A stretch of 63,028 nucleotides of DNA, counting the filler, from Lenisia limosa (lineage: Eukaryota > Protista > Breviatea): the NCBI GenBank assembly GCA_001655205.1. It is 13 parts of 13 records of this genome, joined end to end, with 100 filler letters (N's around TTAATTAATTAA, not from the genome) between each part and the next. Parts side by side here need not be neighbours in the genome. Positions count along the whole stretch, not along the records: positions 1 to 6,336 come from LPNZ01009971.1; positions 6,437 to 8,593 come from LPNZ01010575.1; positions 8,694 to 11,112 come from LPNZ01001584.1; positions 11,213 to 13,340 come from LPNZ01006516.1; 9 more parts are not named here. One strand, 5' to 3'. Every line of letters begins with the position of its first letter. Position 1 is the first letter of the stretch. The position numbers were made by a program, and so were the translations under genes. The notes under the pieces were generated by a model that worked only from the letters and a program-made list of their open reading frames with translations, made no database searches and was not told the origin of the DNA. Shown here in pieces: positions 1-11,763 of the stretch.

Positions 1-118
1 CCGTCCACACCATCATCACGCTTATAAGAGATATGGTATTATAGTATAATATTAATTCATCCCATCATTTGCTTTACAACTTTGTGAACACACCTTTCTG
101 CGTGCCTCCCCAGCATAC
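1..118 (-). repeat. Family C ~125-nt dispersed element, copy truncated by the window start
   Basis: Shares core CCATCACGCTTATAAGAGATAT and end TGCGTGCCTCCCCAGCATAC with the copies at 30764-30883 and 34793-34919 (reverse complement). Confidence 0.85.
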
Positions 119-177
119 TAGCATACTAGACCATAGCAGATTCTAAAAATATACCCCCCCACCAAAGACGATCGTAC

Positions 178-273
178 TGACGTGGCCACTCTGTCCACCG
201 CAGAGGAAATTTCCCGACTGAATTCATCCGCAACTGCCGACACAATTGAGTGCATGAGATTGTTGCCTAGAAC
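178..273 (-). CDS. Internal exon of an unidentified gene (VLGNNLMHSIVSAVADEFSREISSAVDRVATS)
   Basis: Open frame bounded by a poly-C/CAG acceptor and a GTACGA donor. No homology recognised. Confidence 0.4.
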
Positions 274-779
274 CTGGGGGGGGGGGGGGGNNNNNNNNNN
301 NNNNNNNNNNNNNNNNNNNNNNNNNNNNNNNNNNNNNNNNNNNNNNNNNNNNNNNNNNNNNNNNNNNNNNNNNNNNNNNNNNNNNNNNNNNNNNNNNNNN
401 NNNNNNNNATTTATGAAACAAAAAAGCCCGGATAAATGACGAGGATGGCAGTAGTAATGGAGGGTTACTCCACACTAGGGTTCTAATAACATAATTTCCT
501 CAAACCACTCTATTTGCTATAATATTACATACATTGAAAAAAACAAAACAAACACGAAGCCGGAGAAATACTATTTGGAGGCAGCAGTAATCATAAATAT
601 ACAATGATGATGGTGTTTATGAACTAATTGTATAGAAAATATATAACTAATTGCATTATGTTCGAATTGATGATAGAGGAATTCAGCTACCTGGGGGAAC
701 ATATCAAAACATAACAGATGAACACATATGTAGGTAGGATTAGCAACCCTTTGTATCAAGCTGATCCCTAGCATATCTC

Positions 780-1665
780 CTCAGATGCTTCTGGAATACC
801 AAAAAGCGGATCAATCATCCAACTCCCCGTCGGCCTGCCAACTCCCCGAAGGTTGATGAGAGGAACAACGTCCATGAACGAACATTATAATTATGTCTAT
901 CAGTGATTTATCGGCATGAAACACCATTATTCTCGACCCTTCCATCAACAGAAGGTCCCCTCTTCATAGCACATTGAACATATAAGTACGGCCCACCTCT
1001 TCGATCTCGGGGACAGCAAAGTCGGCCTCAAGGTGAACCCGCCTTGCTAAGAACATTTCTGGCTTATTAACAGGAACCTGAATGCCGGCAAGGTTATTCT
1101 TGTTAAAGTTTGCCTTGCAGGATAACGAGGTTTGCTCCAAAAGATATCTGAGGTGGGTCAGGATCCGGAGAAATTTCACGAACCTGTCCTCAATATCAAC
1201 TTGAGTTCCGCCGCAGTGCACTTCCTTGACAAAGGGGGAGGCGGAGAGGAGGGATGCCAACGTCTAGTCAGAGTAAAAAGCAAGTGAGTCATAGGCGATA
1301 TATACCTTTGTCCTGCCATATTTGCATCCAGATATTGAAATTGAGGTGAAAGCAAGCCAGCCTGGACAGTCTCCGTTTATGCAGTTTCTTGATGAAGAGG
1401 AGTAGACTTCAGAGGCATACTTTCCGCACAATTTCATGACGTCAATGATATTTCTCAGAGAGTCATCGGAGATACCAGATCCAAACTCAGTTAGGTCGCA
1501 GTCATGACGAAATGCAATGGCCAAAGATGCCGCAGAACGAACCCGTTTTGAGCTTAGCCTTAATGAGAGAAGTGTTTTTAGTGAACAGTGTCTATAGGTA
1601 CGGGCTAGCGCGTTTAATGGGATCTGATTAAAGAGATCCTCCTCAGTTGGACTTTCCCCAGGCAT
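780..1665 (-). CDS. F-box-like protein, spliced, 3' end uncertain
   Basis: N-terminal DLFNQIPLNALARTYRHCSLKTLLSLRLSSKRVR resembles an F-box. ORFs 1264-1665 and 964-1260 join in frame via a 42-nt GT-AG intron (1264-1305). Confidence 0.45.
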
Positions 1666-3240
1666 AATCTTGGATTTCTCGCCCTAGCAATGTAAAATTA
1701 GTGGTTATTTTTACTATACTCCTCTGAATAATCAATGAATAATATTCACTTTTTTCGTCAATTAATTAGTAAATTTTGGATATTTTATTCCCCAAGTTTT
1801 TACTTATATTAATTGGGAATTTTGCATAAATATTGCATAAATAGTACTGAATTTGTATTTTTATATTTATAGTTGTCAAGAAAAACGGAAAACAAGTGGA
1901 AATGGCTGCAGCTGCAAATGGTCTTAAAAACTTCGCCCTTGGGCCCACTGGAATGTTGGTATTCTTTTAATTTGAGGAAAATAAGTTGAATTTTCTTAAC
2001 TGTCAGTTTCACAACTCATTTCTGGGGACCTGTGTAAGTTGGGGTTGAATTACTCTCTTTACTGCTGCTTTTTGATTATAATATTACACTTACTCACAAT
2101 TTTAGGGCGAACTGGGGTTTGTTATTGCTTTTTTTTAACTAGGAATTCCTATCGCTGCTATGTTTGACATGAGAAAAGACCCCGAAATGATTTCAGGACC
2201 AATGACAACAGGTTTGTAAGGATTTTGCGAAGGGTTTAAGAGATAACGCTTTTTTTCAGTTTTCGTGATCCTTTCAACTCATTTCACATTTCAAAGAGAA
2301 TTTGAATTTGACTACCATTTAATGCCAGCACTACCTATCATATTTTTATAGTAATTAGATCTTATTAAATTTAAAAGTGAAGGAATAGAAGGTGTTTTTA
2401 CAATGATAGTAACAATTTGTCTTTAAGTCGTCTTGGTCATCATGACCATTTCATTTCTGTTCTCAATCGACGAGTTTTATTTTGAAGTCGAATGAAGTTT
2501 TTTTCTGGGACACTCAGGATGATACGAAGTCTTGTGAATTCTTATTGTAACAAAGCAAGAAAATCAGGATTGAGTCTGTTTATCCATATGAAGTGACCAC
2601 AAAAAACTCCATTCTGATTTTCTTGCCAATAGGAATTGATTCAAGTGTTCATATCGTCCTGATAGTCCGCTCAAAACCTGAACCTTCTTTCTTGTTCTAA
2701 CTTCCCTTTACCAGCTCTCTGTGTGTACTCAATGCTCTTCGCGCGTTTTGCCTGGGTGGTCCAGCCCCGGAACTATCTGCTTCTTGCCTGTCATCTCACT
2801 AATGAAACCGCCCAACTAATCCAGCTTGGCAGGAAAATCACGTGGGGAAGGAGGGGTGGCTGGGTAAAACAAAGGAAAATAAGGAGGGGCTTACACAAAA
2901 ACAGTCTTGAAATTATTTGGCAGAGAAGTTNNNNNNNNNNNNNNNNNNNNNNNNNNNNNNNNNNNNNNNNNNNNNNNNNNNNNNNNNNNNNNNNNNNNNN
3001 NNNNNNNNNNNNNNNNNNNNNNNNNNNNNNNNNNNNNNNNNNNNNNNNNNNNNNNNNNNNNNNNNNNNNNNNNNNNNNNNNNNNNNNNNNNNNNNNNNNN
3101 NNNNNNNNNNNNNNNNNNNNNNNNNNNNNNNNNNNNNNNNNNNNNNNNNNNNNNNTTTTTTATTGGGTGCTAAATTGGGGTGTTATCAGGGCTTTCCTTA
3201 TCATACCTTATCACGGCTTCACTCTATGATGATGTATAAT

Positions 3241-3324
3241 TAGGGCTTCACTTCGGTTCGAAAAAGACCAGTAAAATTTAGATTTTGAAGATTTATCGAG
3301 AAATTCAGTCTTGTTGAAGCCCTC
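3241..3324. mobile_element. Family A MITE, right TIR eroded
   Basis: TAGGGCTTCACTTCGGTTCGAAAAAGACC...GAAGCCCT, with the same internal TCGA-rich core as the other copies. Confidence 0.75.
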
Positions 3325-4590
3325 TTCACAACCTCCGTTTATCTTTGATCCATGCCATATAATTTGGTTATCCTCGGACCTCACCTTCCAGACATGAGAC
3401 CAAGAAGCAGTCCATGATCAAATCGGCTGCTGCTGTTGAACCCAAGGTTGAATAACTGGCTCAAGTGTATTTCTATATTTATCTCTTCAATCGTTGGTTT
3501 ATTTATCCTCAGGGAAAACAGGGAGAAAGTAATATGTTTATATATTGGCATATTGGAGGTGTTGTCAAGAAAACAAAACAACAACAATGATGATATGGGC
3601 AATGGCAAAAATGCGAGATTTATCCGATAAAGAATACAAATAAAAAAAATATTGAAAATTCACGTAGAAACACAAAAACACTAAAATAGTTCCATATTTC
3701 AGCCCCCCTTCTCCTATTTATCGTAGCTTCGGAGGCTAAGAACGTACAATTACTTGAAAACCGGGCCGGTTACAATCAATTCATTGCCATACCCGTGGCC
3801 CGGGCTACAAACAGTAACACGGACCGGATTAACCCTGTCGGAACAATAAAAAATTATTGAATCATGATTGAATATCATTATACTGGTGTATGTTTAGTGA
3901 TATGTTTTTTTTATGTTGAAAAAATGCTATTTAGGATGAAATAATTAGTAGAGAGGCTGTTGTCGGTTTCGGATTTGGCAGTGTACATAATGCTTGCCTT
4001 CCCGAGCGCTGTTCTGATCATATTCTATATCATATTTGCGTTATACGCCCCAAATGTGGCATCCGTTCCCCAAGTGCTCTTCACCTATGGTCTGACCACC
4101 AATTCGATGAAGATTTCCGATTGTGATCTGGAGGTCTATCAGTCTCCTGGTGGATACTATATTCCTTGTTAGTTTTTGGATGGTTTTGGGATCTCTTTTG
4201 GCAAGGAAATGGTCCTCCTGATTAGATCGAGTATCCTTTTCCTGACTCCTCTTCTTATCACCTCTGTTTTGCTTAAGATGATATATATATATATATATGT
4301 ATATAAAAATATGTTAAATAAAANNNNNNNNNNNNNNNNNNNNNNNNNNNNNNNNNNNNNNNNNNNNNNNNNNNNNNNNNNNNNNNNNNNNNNNNAGCAG
4401 TCCACATTATCATGCTTTTACGTAATATTTGATTATTGTAATAATGCACCCAATCATTTGCCTAACAAGATGGATGAGTTTTTTTTTTATTTTCATATTT
4501 TGTTGGGATGATTGTGTTGTTTTGGTCACACCTCCTAGAAATTTGAGGCATACATCATATATATATATATCTATAAATCTTTTTCACTTT

Positions 4591-4658
4591 TTGTACGGTC
4601 AAGCTATCTATTTTAATATCTTATTAGCGTGATGGTCTGGGCGGCTGTGGCCAGATAC
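4591..4658 (+). repeat. Family C element, degenerate 3' part
   Basis: ATATCTTATTAGCGTGATGGTCTGGGCGGCTGTGGCCAGATAC aligns to the 3' half of the ALG3-intron copy. Confidence 0.65.
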
Positions 4659-4902
4659 ACCCTTATTTCATTTCTCATCTCTCTTTTTATCTTTTGAGTG
4701 TGATNNNNNNNNNNNNNNNNNNNNNNNNNNNNNNNNNNNNNNNNNNNNNNNNNNNNNNNNNNNNNNNNNNNNNNNNNNNNNNNNNNNNNNNNNNNNNNNN
4801 NNNNNNNNNNNNNNNNNNNNNNNNNNNNNNNNNNNNNNNNNNNNNNNNNNNNNNNNNNCCATCAAGCAATCTCCAGTTTCTGTCAAGTTTCATTTTCCCA
4901 GC

Positions 4903-6270
4903 TCCTTTCGAATGTCAACTCGTGACACCAAACTCTGCGGATACTGGAATACTGTATGTGGGGGCGAGTGGTACATGGTGTGGACGATTATCGAAAAATT
5001 CAACTTATATTTACCGTACGCTGGAGTGATGGGATGTGGTGCTGCAGAAGCGACTGGCATGTGTTTTGTTGTTATCCCCCCACCCCAGGTTTATGTTGGA
5101 AACCTCGTCTCTCAGTAATGATTCAATCGCAACTGGCTGTGTACCAAGTAAGGCGATGTTATTTCTAGACATGCATATGCAATATATTTGCAGAGAGTGG
5201 TCATACAATATGCATTATTTGTTGGACAATATTTCTCATTTCTACAAATTGAAAAATACCCCCTTTTGCCAGTCTTTTTTTTCTACTATAATCTACCACC
5301 TAACTAGGACTTCACTTTGGTTCGAAAAATGACTGAGTTTTTCGATAAATCCCCGAAAACTATCGATATTTTTCCAGATTTTTCGAACCGAAGTGAACCC
5401 CTACCCCTACCCCCGTTTAACCTGCTGCTTCTATAGATACCCCCTTTATAGTCTCACCTTTTTGTCATCAATTTTCCAATTGTACCAGCAGAGTTGAGTG
5501 TTTGGCCCTTTTTTTGGCCCTTTTTTGTTCATAAATTATTCAATTTTACCCCCCCCCCCCNNNNNNNNNNNNNNNNNNNNNNNNNNNNNNNNNNNNNNNN
5601 NNNNNNNNNNNNNNNNNNNNNNNNNNNNNNNNNNNNNNNNNNNNNNNNNNNCGGAATGTGACAGCGAGTGCCCACAGTCGAACGTTCCGATACTTTGGCA
5701 AGGAGCTGAGTATTGTTTGTCCGGTTGGAGGGGGGTGGGAGTGGCATAAAATATAAAATATGCATATATTATATTATAATGCGTATCACATAATATAATA
5801 CAAATGTAGAATACATATTATACATCATACGCATATCGATATTATTGCAAAGATGATATTGTGAGTCTTGTGTGATGGTCATGAACTTAGTATACGTAGT
5901 TTTTCCGGTTGGGTGAAGGGTGAATATCATACTTTAATTCAATCTAGGGCTTAACTTCGGTTCCAAAAAAAGACTATTTCTCGATAAATCCTCGAAAACT
6001 ATCGATATTTTAACGGTCTTTTTGGAACCGAAGTGAAGCCCTAATTTAATCTCTTATAAGTGTGATGAAATTTCAATAATATCATATAATATCATGCTGA
6101 ATATTGTTGTCCGGGGGTGGGCCGGGAGGGTAGTATGGTTTGTGTAAAAGAAGGAGTGTGCTGAGTTTGCTCGCAGTTCTTAATTTGACCCTGTTTAGAC
6201 GAACGAAACGGTTGTGTTCCAAGGCAATGTAGTGACCTATGTAACCAGTGGCACAACGTGAGTGGTTTTG
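4903..6270 (+). CDS. Multi-exon hypothetical protein fragment, possibly secreted or surface-exposed
   Basis: Successive AG/GT-bounded open segments, e.g. APFECQLVTPNSADTGILYVGASGTWCGRLSKNSTYIY and RNVTASAHSRTFRYFGKELSIVCP. No family recognised. Confidence 0.35.
5305..5403. mobile_element. Family A MITE
   Basis: TA-flanked, ~22-bp imperfect TIR GGACTTCACTTTGGTTCGAAAA / TTTTCGAACCGAAGTGAACCCC. Confidence 0.85.
5945..6043. mobile_element. Family A MITE inserted in a family C element
   Basis: TAGGGCTTAACTTCGGTTCCAAAAA...TTTTTGGAACCGAAGTGAAGCCCTA. The flanks (TTGGGTGA...ATTCAATC and ATCTCTTATAAGTGTGATG) rejoin into the family C core. Confidence 0.85.
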
Positions 6271-6336
6271 GCACATTGTAGTTCTAGAGTTTTTTTTTTT
6301 TTTTTTAATAAATTTCCAATTATGCCCCCCCCCCCC

Positions 6337-6436
6337 NNNNNNNNNNNNNNNNNNNNNNNNNNNNNNNNNNNNNNNNNNNNTTAATTAATTAANNNNNNNN
6401 NNNNNNNNNNNNNNNNNNNNNNNNNNNNNNNNNNNN
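6337..6436. other. Artificial scaffold spacer N44-TTAATTAATTAA-N44, first of 12
   Basis: Identical spacers start at about 6337, 8594, 11113, 13341, 15229, 16902, 18313, 21853, 24855, 39866, 41169 and 46371. The 12-mer has stops in all six frames. Confidence 0.95.
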
Positions 6437-6549
6437 AATAATAATTCTCTCCACCCCCCTCTGTAAACCAAATATATATATTTGATTGGAAAATTCCGAT
6501 ATTGGTAAGCATAAATCCCCCCCTTTTCCCAACCGTTTGCTGGCGGACA

Positions 6550-6815
6550 ACATGACTAGTCGCACCGTACGGGATGGCTGTGGTGTTGCAGATAAGTTCG
6601 AGGAGTCCGTCATTGAAGGGGGTTGTTATGTTGGAACAAGGCGCACGGTAGACGGTTTCGTCCGGACTTGGGCTGGTGTATTCGAGGAAATAGGAGAAAC
6701 CAGCCTGGTTATGGGTAAGTACAAAGAAAAGATGGAATTTCTTGATAATTTCGGACCGTTGGTAAGTCTTGGGATTAGTCGAAACAACTAAAAACGCCAC
6801 ACCACTGATCATCAA
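6550..6815 (-). CDS. Hypothetical protein exons, several N-glycosylation sequons
   Basis: Open frame EYTSPSPDETVYRAPCSNITTPFNDGLLELICNTTAIP. No family recognised. Confidence 0.3.
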
Positions 6816-6920
6816 CTTCAGATTCCCAGGTAGTGTTTGGGTCTACAGATTTAAAAGCATCCCAAGTCATTGCATTGCGCCTTAGTTATTTTTATATACA
6901 GTATGTATAATATATATATA

Positions 6921-7745
6921 GTTAAAACCGCGAACATGATTAAAACCCGACCATGATTAAAACCGCGAACAAAAAGGAGGCTTTTCTTTCAATTTTTGAG
7001 TATCTACGCTCCTTATTTACGCCTCTTTCGCATTTTTTGCTAATTATCGCCCGAAATACTCCTTTACACAGGGTTTTATTCATAAGAATAGGCAGGGGTA
7101 TCAATATACATGCAAAATACCACCTTCATGGTACTTCAATTTTTCATGCGAAATACATTAAAAACACTGATTATGGGCCTAGAATGTCCCTGCGATAAAG
7201 TAAAGACGTTCTTGCACCATGAGATTTGTTCCGTTCCAGAACGGTAAATGGGTTGTTTATACGCAGCATATACTTTAACGTCTATTTTGTCCATTGGCTC
7301 CATTATAGAGACTGAACAAGAAAAATTCTGGAAAAAACCGTTACAAAAGTTGACTTAAATACCTCAAAATCACTACATTTTCTCCAAAAATGGACTTCAG
7401 ATTCGAATTCTCCTTAAAATCTGCGTTTCTATAGTGGGGCACTTTAATAGGCTCAAAATGCTATTATTCTGAAAGAGGGGGGTTTCAAAAAATATTTCGC
7501 GTAAAGGAAACTGGATGACCCTGGCCGGGTTCGATTCTGATCAAAAGATCTTTTTTTTTTCGATTTTTTATCTCCTCATTTTTTTTCTTCTTTTTGCTCA
7601 AAATTTCTTTGTTTTGATGTTATTGATAGTCTAGTACTATAAACTGCCGAATTTCACACTAAAAAGGGTGTTATTGAAGCGATTTATGTCGATTTTTGGC
7701 TTGTTCGCGGTTTTAATCATGTTCGCGGTTTTAAACACCAACCTA
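6921..7745. mobile_element. Non-autonomous DNA transposon, ~820 bp, TIRs made of TAAAACCGCGAACATGAT subrepeats
   Basis: The left end 6921-6972 is the reverse complement of the right end 7701-7736. TA-rich flanks; no transposase ORF seen. Confidence 0.75.
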
Positions 7746-8768
7746 TATATTTTTTTAAAAAAAACAATGAAACAGTATAAAAGCAGCGTGAATCCAATGA
7801 AAGTTAATTGTTCGTCCTTGGTTCAAAAAAAAAAAGGAGAAAAAAAAGAAGAAATTGATTGTTAATTTCCAAAATTAAGCCGTCTGACATTAAACTTTCG
7901 CACAGGATTTTCAATTTCAAATATCAAAATAAAGTACTATTACAATTTGCTCAAATGAAAAAACTCGGTGACGGAATATTAAATTTATGATATTTAGTTG
8001 ACTCCCTAGATTTTCTTAAATGAACAACTTAATATTCCTCATCTCAAAAAAACTCAATATAAAAAAACAAAACTTTTACCTCACTCTCATCTCAAAAACC
8101 CCTCACATTTATCAGGTTTATTGAGCGACTCCCATGAAAGTAAACGTTAAGAGTCATTGCGTCGCTCTTTTTATCAATGTGGTGACTAATCACATATTCC
8201 AACGAGAGGTCTTTCACTACCGTCATGCATACATCTGAGATGGTAAAGAACAGAAAAAAAAAGCAGTTTAATAAAAAAGATGTCTGTAAAATTTATTTCA
8301 AATTTTGACGAGGGACATATTGTAACGAGAACCCTATTCTAGACACTTTAATTTCTAATATTGTCAATTAATTTCCTCAAAAATTAATTGCACGGAGCCG
8401 TACTTGTAAGCGTGTCCCTGTTTAGGGGAGAGGGCTATTGTCTTGTTGTTGTTGCTATCATCCATATTAAATGAGCAACATCCCCCCACCATCCCCGCTC
8501 TAGCGTAATTATAGCACTACTCAACCATGGATCAAAGCTACTCCCCAAGAAAAAAATAATAACGCCGGCCTAGATCATTGTAAGATTTAACAGNNNNNNN
8601 NNNNNNNNNNNNNNNNNNNNNNNNNNNNNNNNNNNNNTTAATTAATTAANNNNNNNNNNNNNNNNNNNNNNNNNNNNNNNNNNNNNNNNNNNNCCTGGGG
8701 GGGGGGGTGACTAAGAAGTTTGCTGGGAAAAGCTATGAATGTTATATTTACAACACCTCAATCCTCCC

Positions 8769-11100
8769 ACTCTGCGCGAATGTGTTTCTCCCAAAGCAGC
8801 GAAGATGCCTCCAGTTTGCAGGATATTGGGCCGTCCCCCAAACAAGCCACCAAAACTTCGGGGCCACTGGGCCTGTGCCGTAAATTAAGTACGCCAAATT
8901 TCTCCCAAAAGATAATACACTGTAATTTCCACGAAATGAAAAAATACGAGAAAAATAAAACAAACACTTGTAAAACCCCCCCCCCCACTCGTGTTGTGTA
9001 AGGCCGGAAATAATGTCGGTAACCTTGTCGATGCCGATGTTGACACCGACCGCGTGGATGGGAATTTGGTGCGAGTCCTGGGTGGTTGAGCAAAGCAATT
9101 ACGAAAAATCGAATGCCTCCAAAAGCCAAAATGGACAACATAGAAGGGAGTGCACAGACCTTCTTGAGGAATTGTCTTCTCTTCTGTAGATTTGCCAACA
9201 GATCTGAGGGGTCAATTGTGGAATGTATGTTGAAAAACACCAATGCTTGATTGAACTAACAATACGCCCACTATCATATCTCCCGCCAGTTGCTAACAAT
9301 ACGCCCACTATCATATCTCCCGCCAGTTGCTAACAATACGCCCACTATCATATCTCCCGCCAGTTGCTACGGTGTTTCGATGTGAGGAGAAACCGCTTCG
9401 AGAGTCCACAATGCCAACCTGAGGTATGAGAACAACCGAAGAAAAGTGTTTTATCAAAGCATTCCTGAATCATGACAAAGACAGGGAATGGTGGGTTATC
9501 ATACCCGTGTGAGCATGGGAGGAGAACGAAAGACACAAGCTGCCCCCTACCGAGAACACGAAATCGGAGTAGCAGTCGATGAGCTCATGAGTGCGGAGGG
9601 CCAGGCTGAAGTCCACCGATACTCGAGGCGCCGGCACTCCAAAAGATGCGAGGCGGCACATTGTCTGAGGGTCAGACATGCTTCGTCCAAAGTGCCCACG
9701 TCACGTGATAAAGGTTACCTTTAATGCTCTTGTTGGTAAGTCCCCCCCTCCCCCCAACATAGTACAGCTCCTTGGCGGCGGTGATGGCATCACTCCACAT
9801 ATCGACACGCAGTTTGCGGTCGTGCTGCTTCTCGAACAGTTTAATGAGCTGGACGGTCAGGGTCTTTCCTAATGGAATTTGTTGGTAGAGTAGGGATCAA
9901 CATAAACAAGTTATGCTCCCCCTATACTACTCTCAAATGGACTTTTCCTGTGATTATTACCACAGCAGTTATCATTTACGTATGACCCCCACACCATTTT
10001 GCTATTATTCTATACTCAGAAAAGATTATGAGACTCAAAAAAAGAAATAAAAGTCAAATGTAAGGAAGGATAACGATTTTGCTCTTTGGTAGACCTTATT
10101 AATCGCGTGAGCGCCGTCAGTGACCTTGAGAGGCACTGCAACGTACTGCGATAATCGGCTGACAATATTGGGGCTAAGACCGAACTGGAGGGGGGGGGGT
10201 AACAATTTTCAATCTCGATGCCAGTGTCCATTCTAGTATGAAGGAATAACGATGACAGTGTCCATTCTAGTATGAAGATGTAACGGGTTGCTCACATTGT
10301 CAAGCAAGCGCTTCTTGATAGCCTGCCATCCATCTTTGCTTGTCAGCTGGATGGTCTTCAAAATGGCAGGGCTGGGAGGTGAGGTGGCATCAAAAGAGGC
10401 TCATTTCCCCCTTCAAACACATAGGTCGCTATAAAACCAATCCCAGGTTCCCACATTTTCTCAGACGTGTTGATGTAAAGGTTGAGGATGGCTTCAATAA
10501 TCTAGATCGATCATCCAGTTGGAGGAAACATGAATAGCATAACACTGCAGAACTATTGCTTACCCAGTTCTTAAACCGGAAGTATTGAGAAACCCACACC
10601 ATTATGTCATCATTGATTGAATTCTATATCCTATCCTTTCAGACCAAACCTACCTTGACGTTATTTATCCTTGCCATCCACATAGGCGTGATCGTCACCC
10701 TTCGCGGTCAGACTAAATAAAAAAAAACAACACTGTGGGTTCCTAATATGCCCAGGAAGAAAGGAAGAAAGGAAGAAAGGAAGAAAGGAAGAAAGGAAGA
10801 AAGGAAGAAAGGAAGAAAGAAAGAAAGAAAGAAAGGAAGAAAGGAAGCCTCCAGTACCGGAGAAATTCATCAGTGACCGCAACGGACTCGGCATTAAAAA
10901 CTGCCCGTTCCTGGGGGGGGAGGGGTAAACAACTGATGTGTTGCGGGGCTATCCCAAACTTGGATGTTTAAAAACAATATAAGGCATAAAGGTAAAGTGG
11001 TCATAATACCCCTGCCACCTCCTCGGTAGAGCCTCCGACAACATCGAAACTAGCAGCTAATAGTTCCTGGGGGTGTCCAGGTCCGAGGTCACGGTATACT
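8769..11100 (-). CDS. GCN2: GCN2 (eIF2-alpha kinase) HisRS-like C-terminal domain, partial, about 9 exons
   Basis: Spliced peptides VYRDLGPGHPQELLAASFDVVGG, ARINNVKIIEAILNLY, RVSVDFSLAL, VATGGRYDTLV, AVGVNIGIDK and EVLVACLG...LLWEKHIRAE follow the order of motifs in the GCN2 HisRS-like and anticodon-binding region. Confidence 0.8.
9258..9368. repeat. 37-bp unit x3 spanning a GCN2 exon-intron junction
   Basis: AACAATACGCCCACTATCATATCTCCCGCCAGTTGCT repeats exactly at 9258, 9295 and 9332. Confidence 0.95.
10755..10847. repeat. (GGAAGAAA)n microsatellite in a GCN2 intron
   Basis: Direct inspection. Confidence 0.9.
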
Positions 11101-11763
11101 CTGGGGGGGGGGNNNNNNNNNNNNNNNNNNNNNNNNNNNNNNNNNNNNNNNNNNNNTTAATTAATTAANNNNNNNNNNNNNNNNNNNNNNNNNNNNNNNN
11201 NNNNNNNNNNNNCATTTTGTGGTGCTTAGTTCTGCAATAATCTAACGTTTGTCCAACTCCGTTAGCCCAGCGCTAAGTGCTCCCACTCTTGAAAACTCCG
11301 CTACGCTAGAGAAATTCTGGGGGCACCGCCCCCCGCCCCTGCCGTAAATCACGAACATGTTATTACTGAAAATGTTAGAAAAATGAAAGTAGTGTCAAAA
11401 AGATTATGTTGAAAAGAACCAGAGTGAATATGTTCTATTCAGTTGACACCGCAGCCGCCTGATACTATTATTGATAGATAGTTACGCAATACTGTGAATC
11501 GGTAGCCTGAGCAAAGAACACGATTCTTGATAAAAGATACAGAATCAGCAACTTTTCGTTTTCATTTTTTTCAAAAACGCAAGAAGATGCACCCCCAAAT
11601 GACTTACAAATATCGCTACCATCGAGGATTTATCGAGAATTGAGTCTCTATTGGAACCAAAAGCTCTCAATATTATACCACAAACCTGTCTGCACTCTGT
11701 CTTCTTCTCGTCGTTATGGTTCGTAGCCTTGCTATCTAAGGCAATTGGGCTGACCCTCTCCAA

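Noticed and set aside
6381-6392. Recurrent TTAATTAATTAA as a biological motif
   Set aside because: It is always centred in exactly 100-nt N-blocks, so it is an artificial linker.
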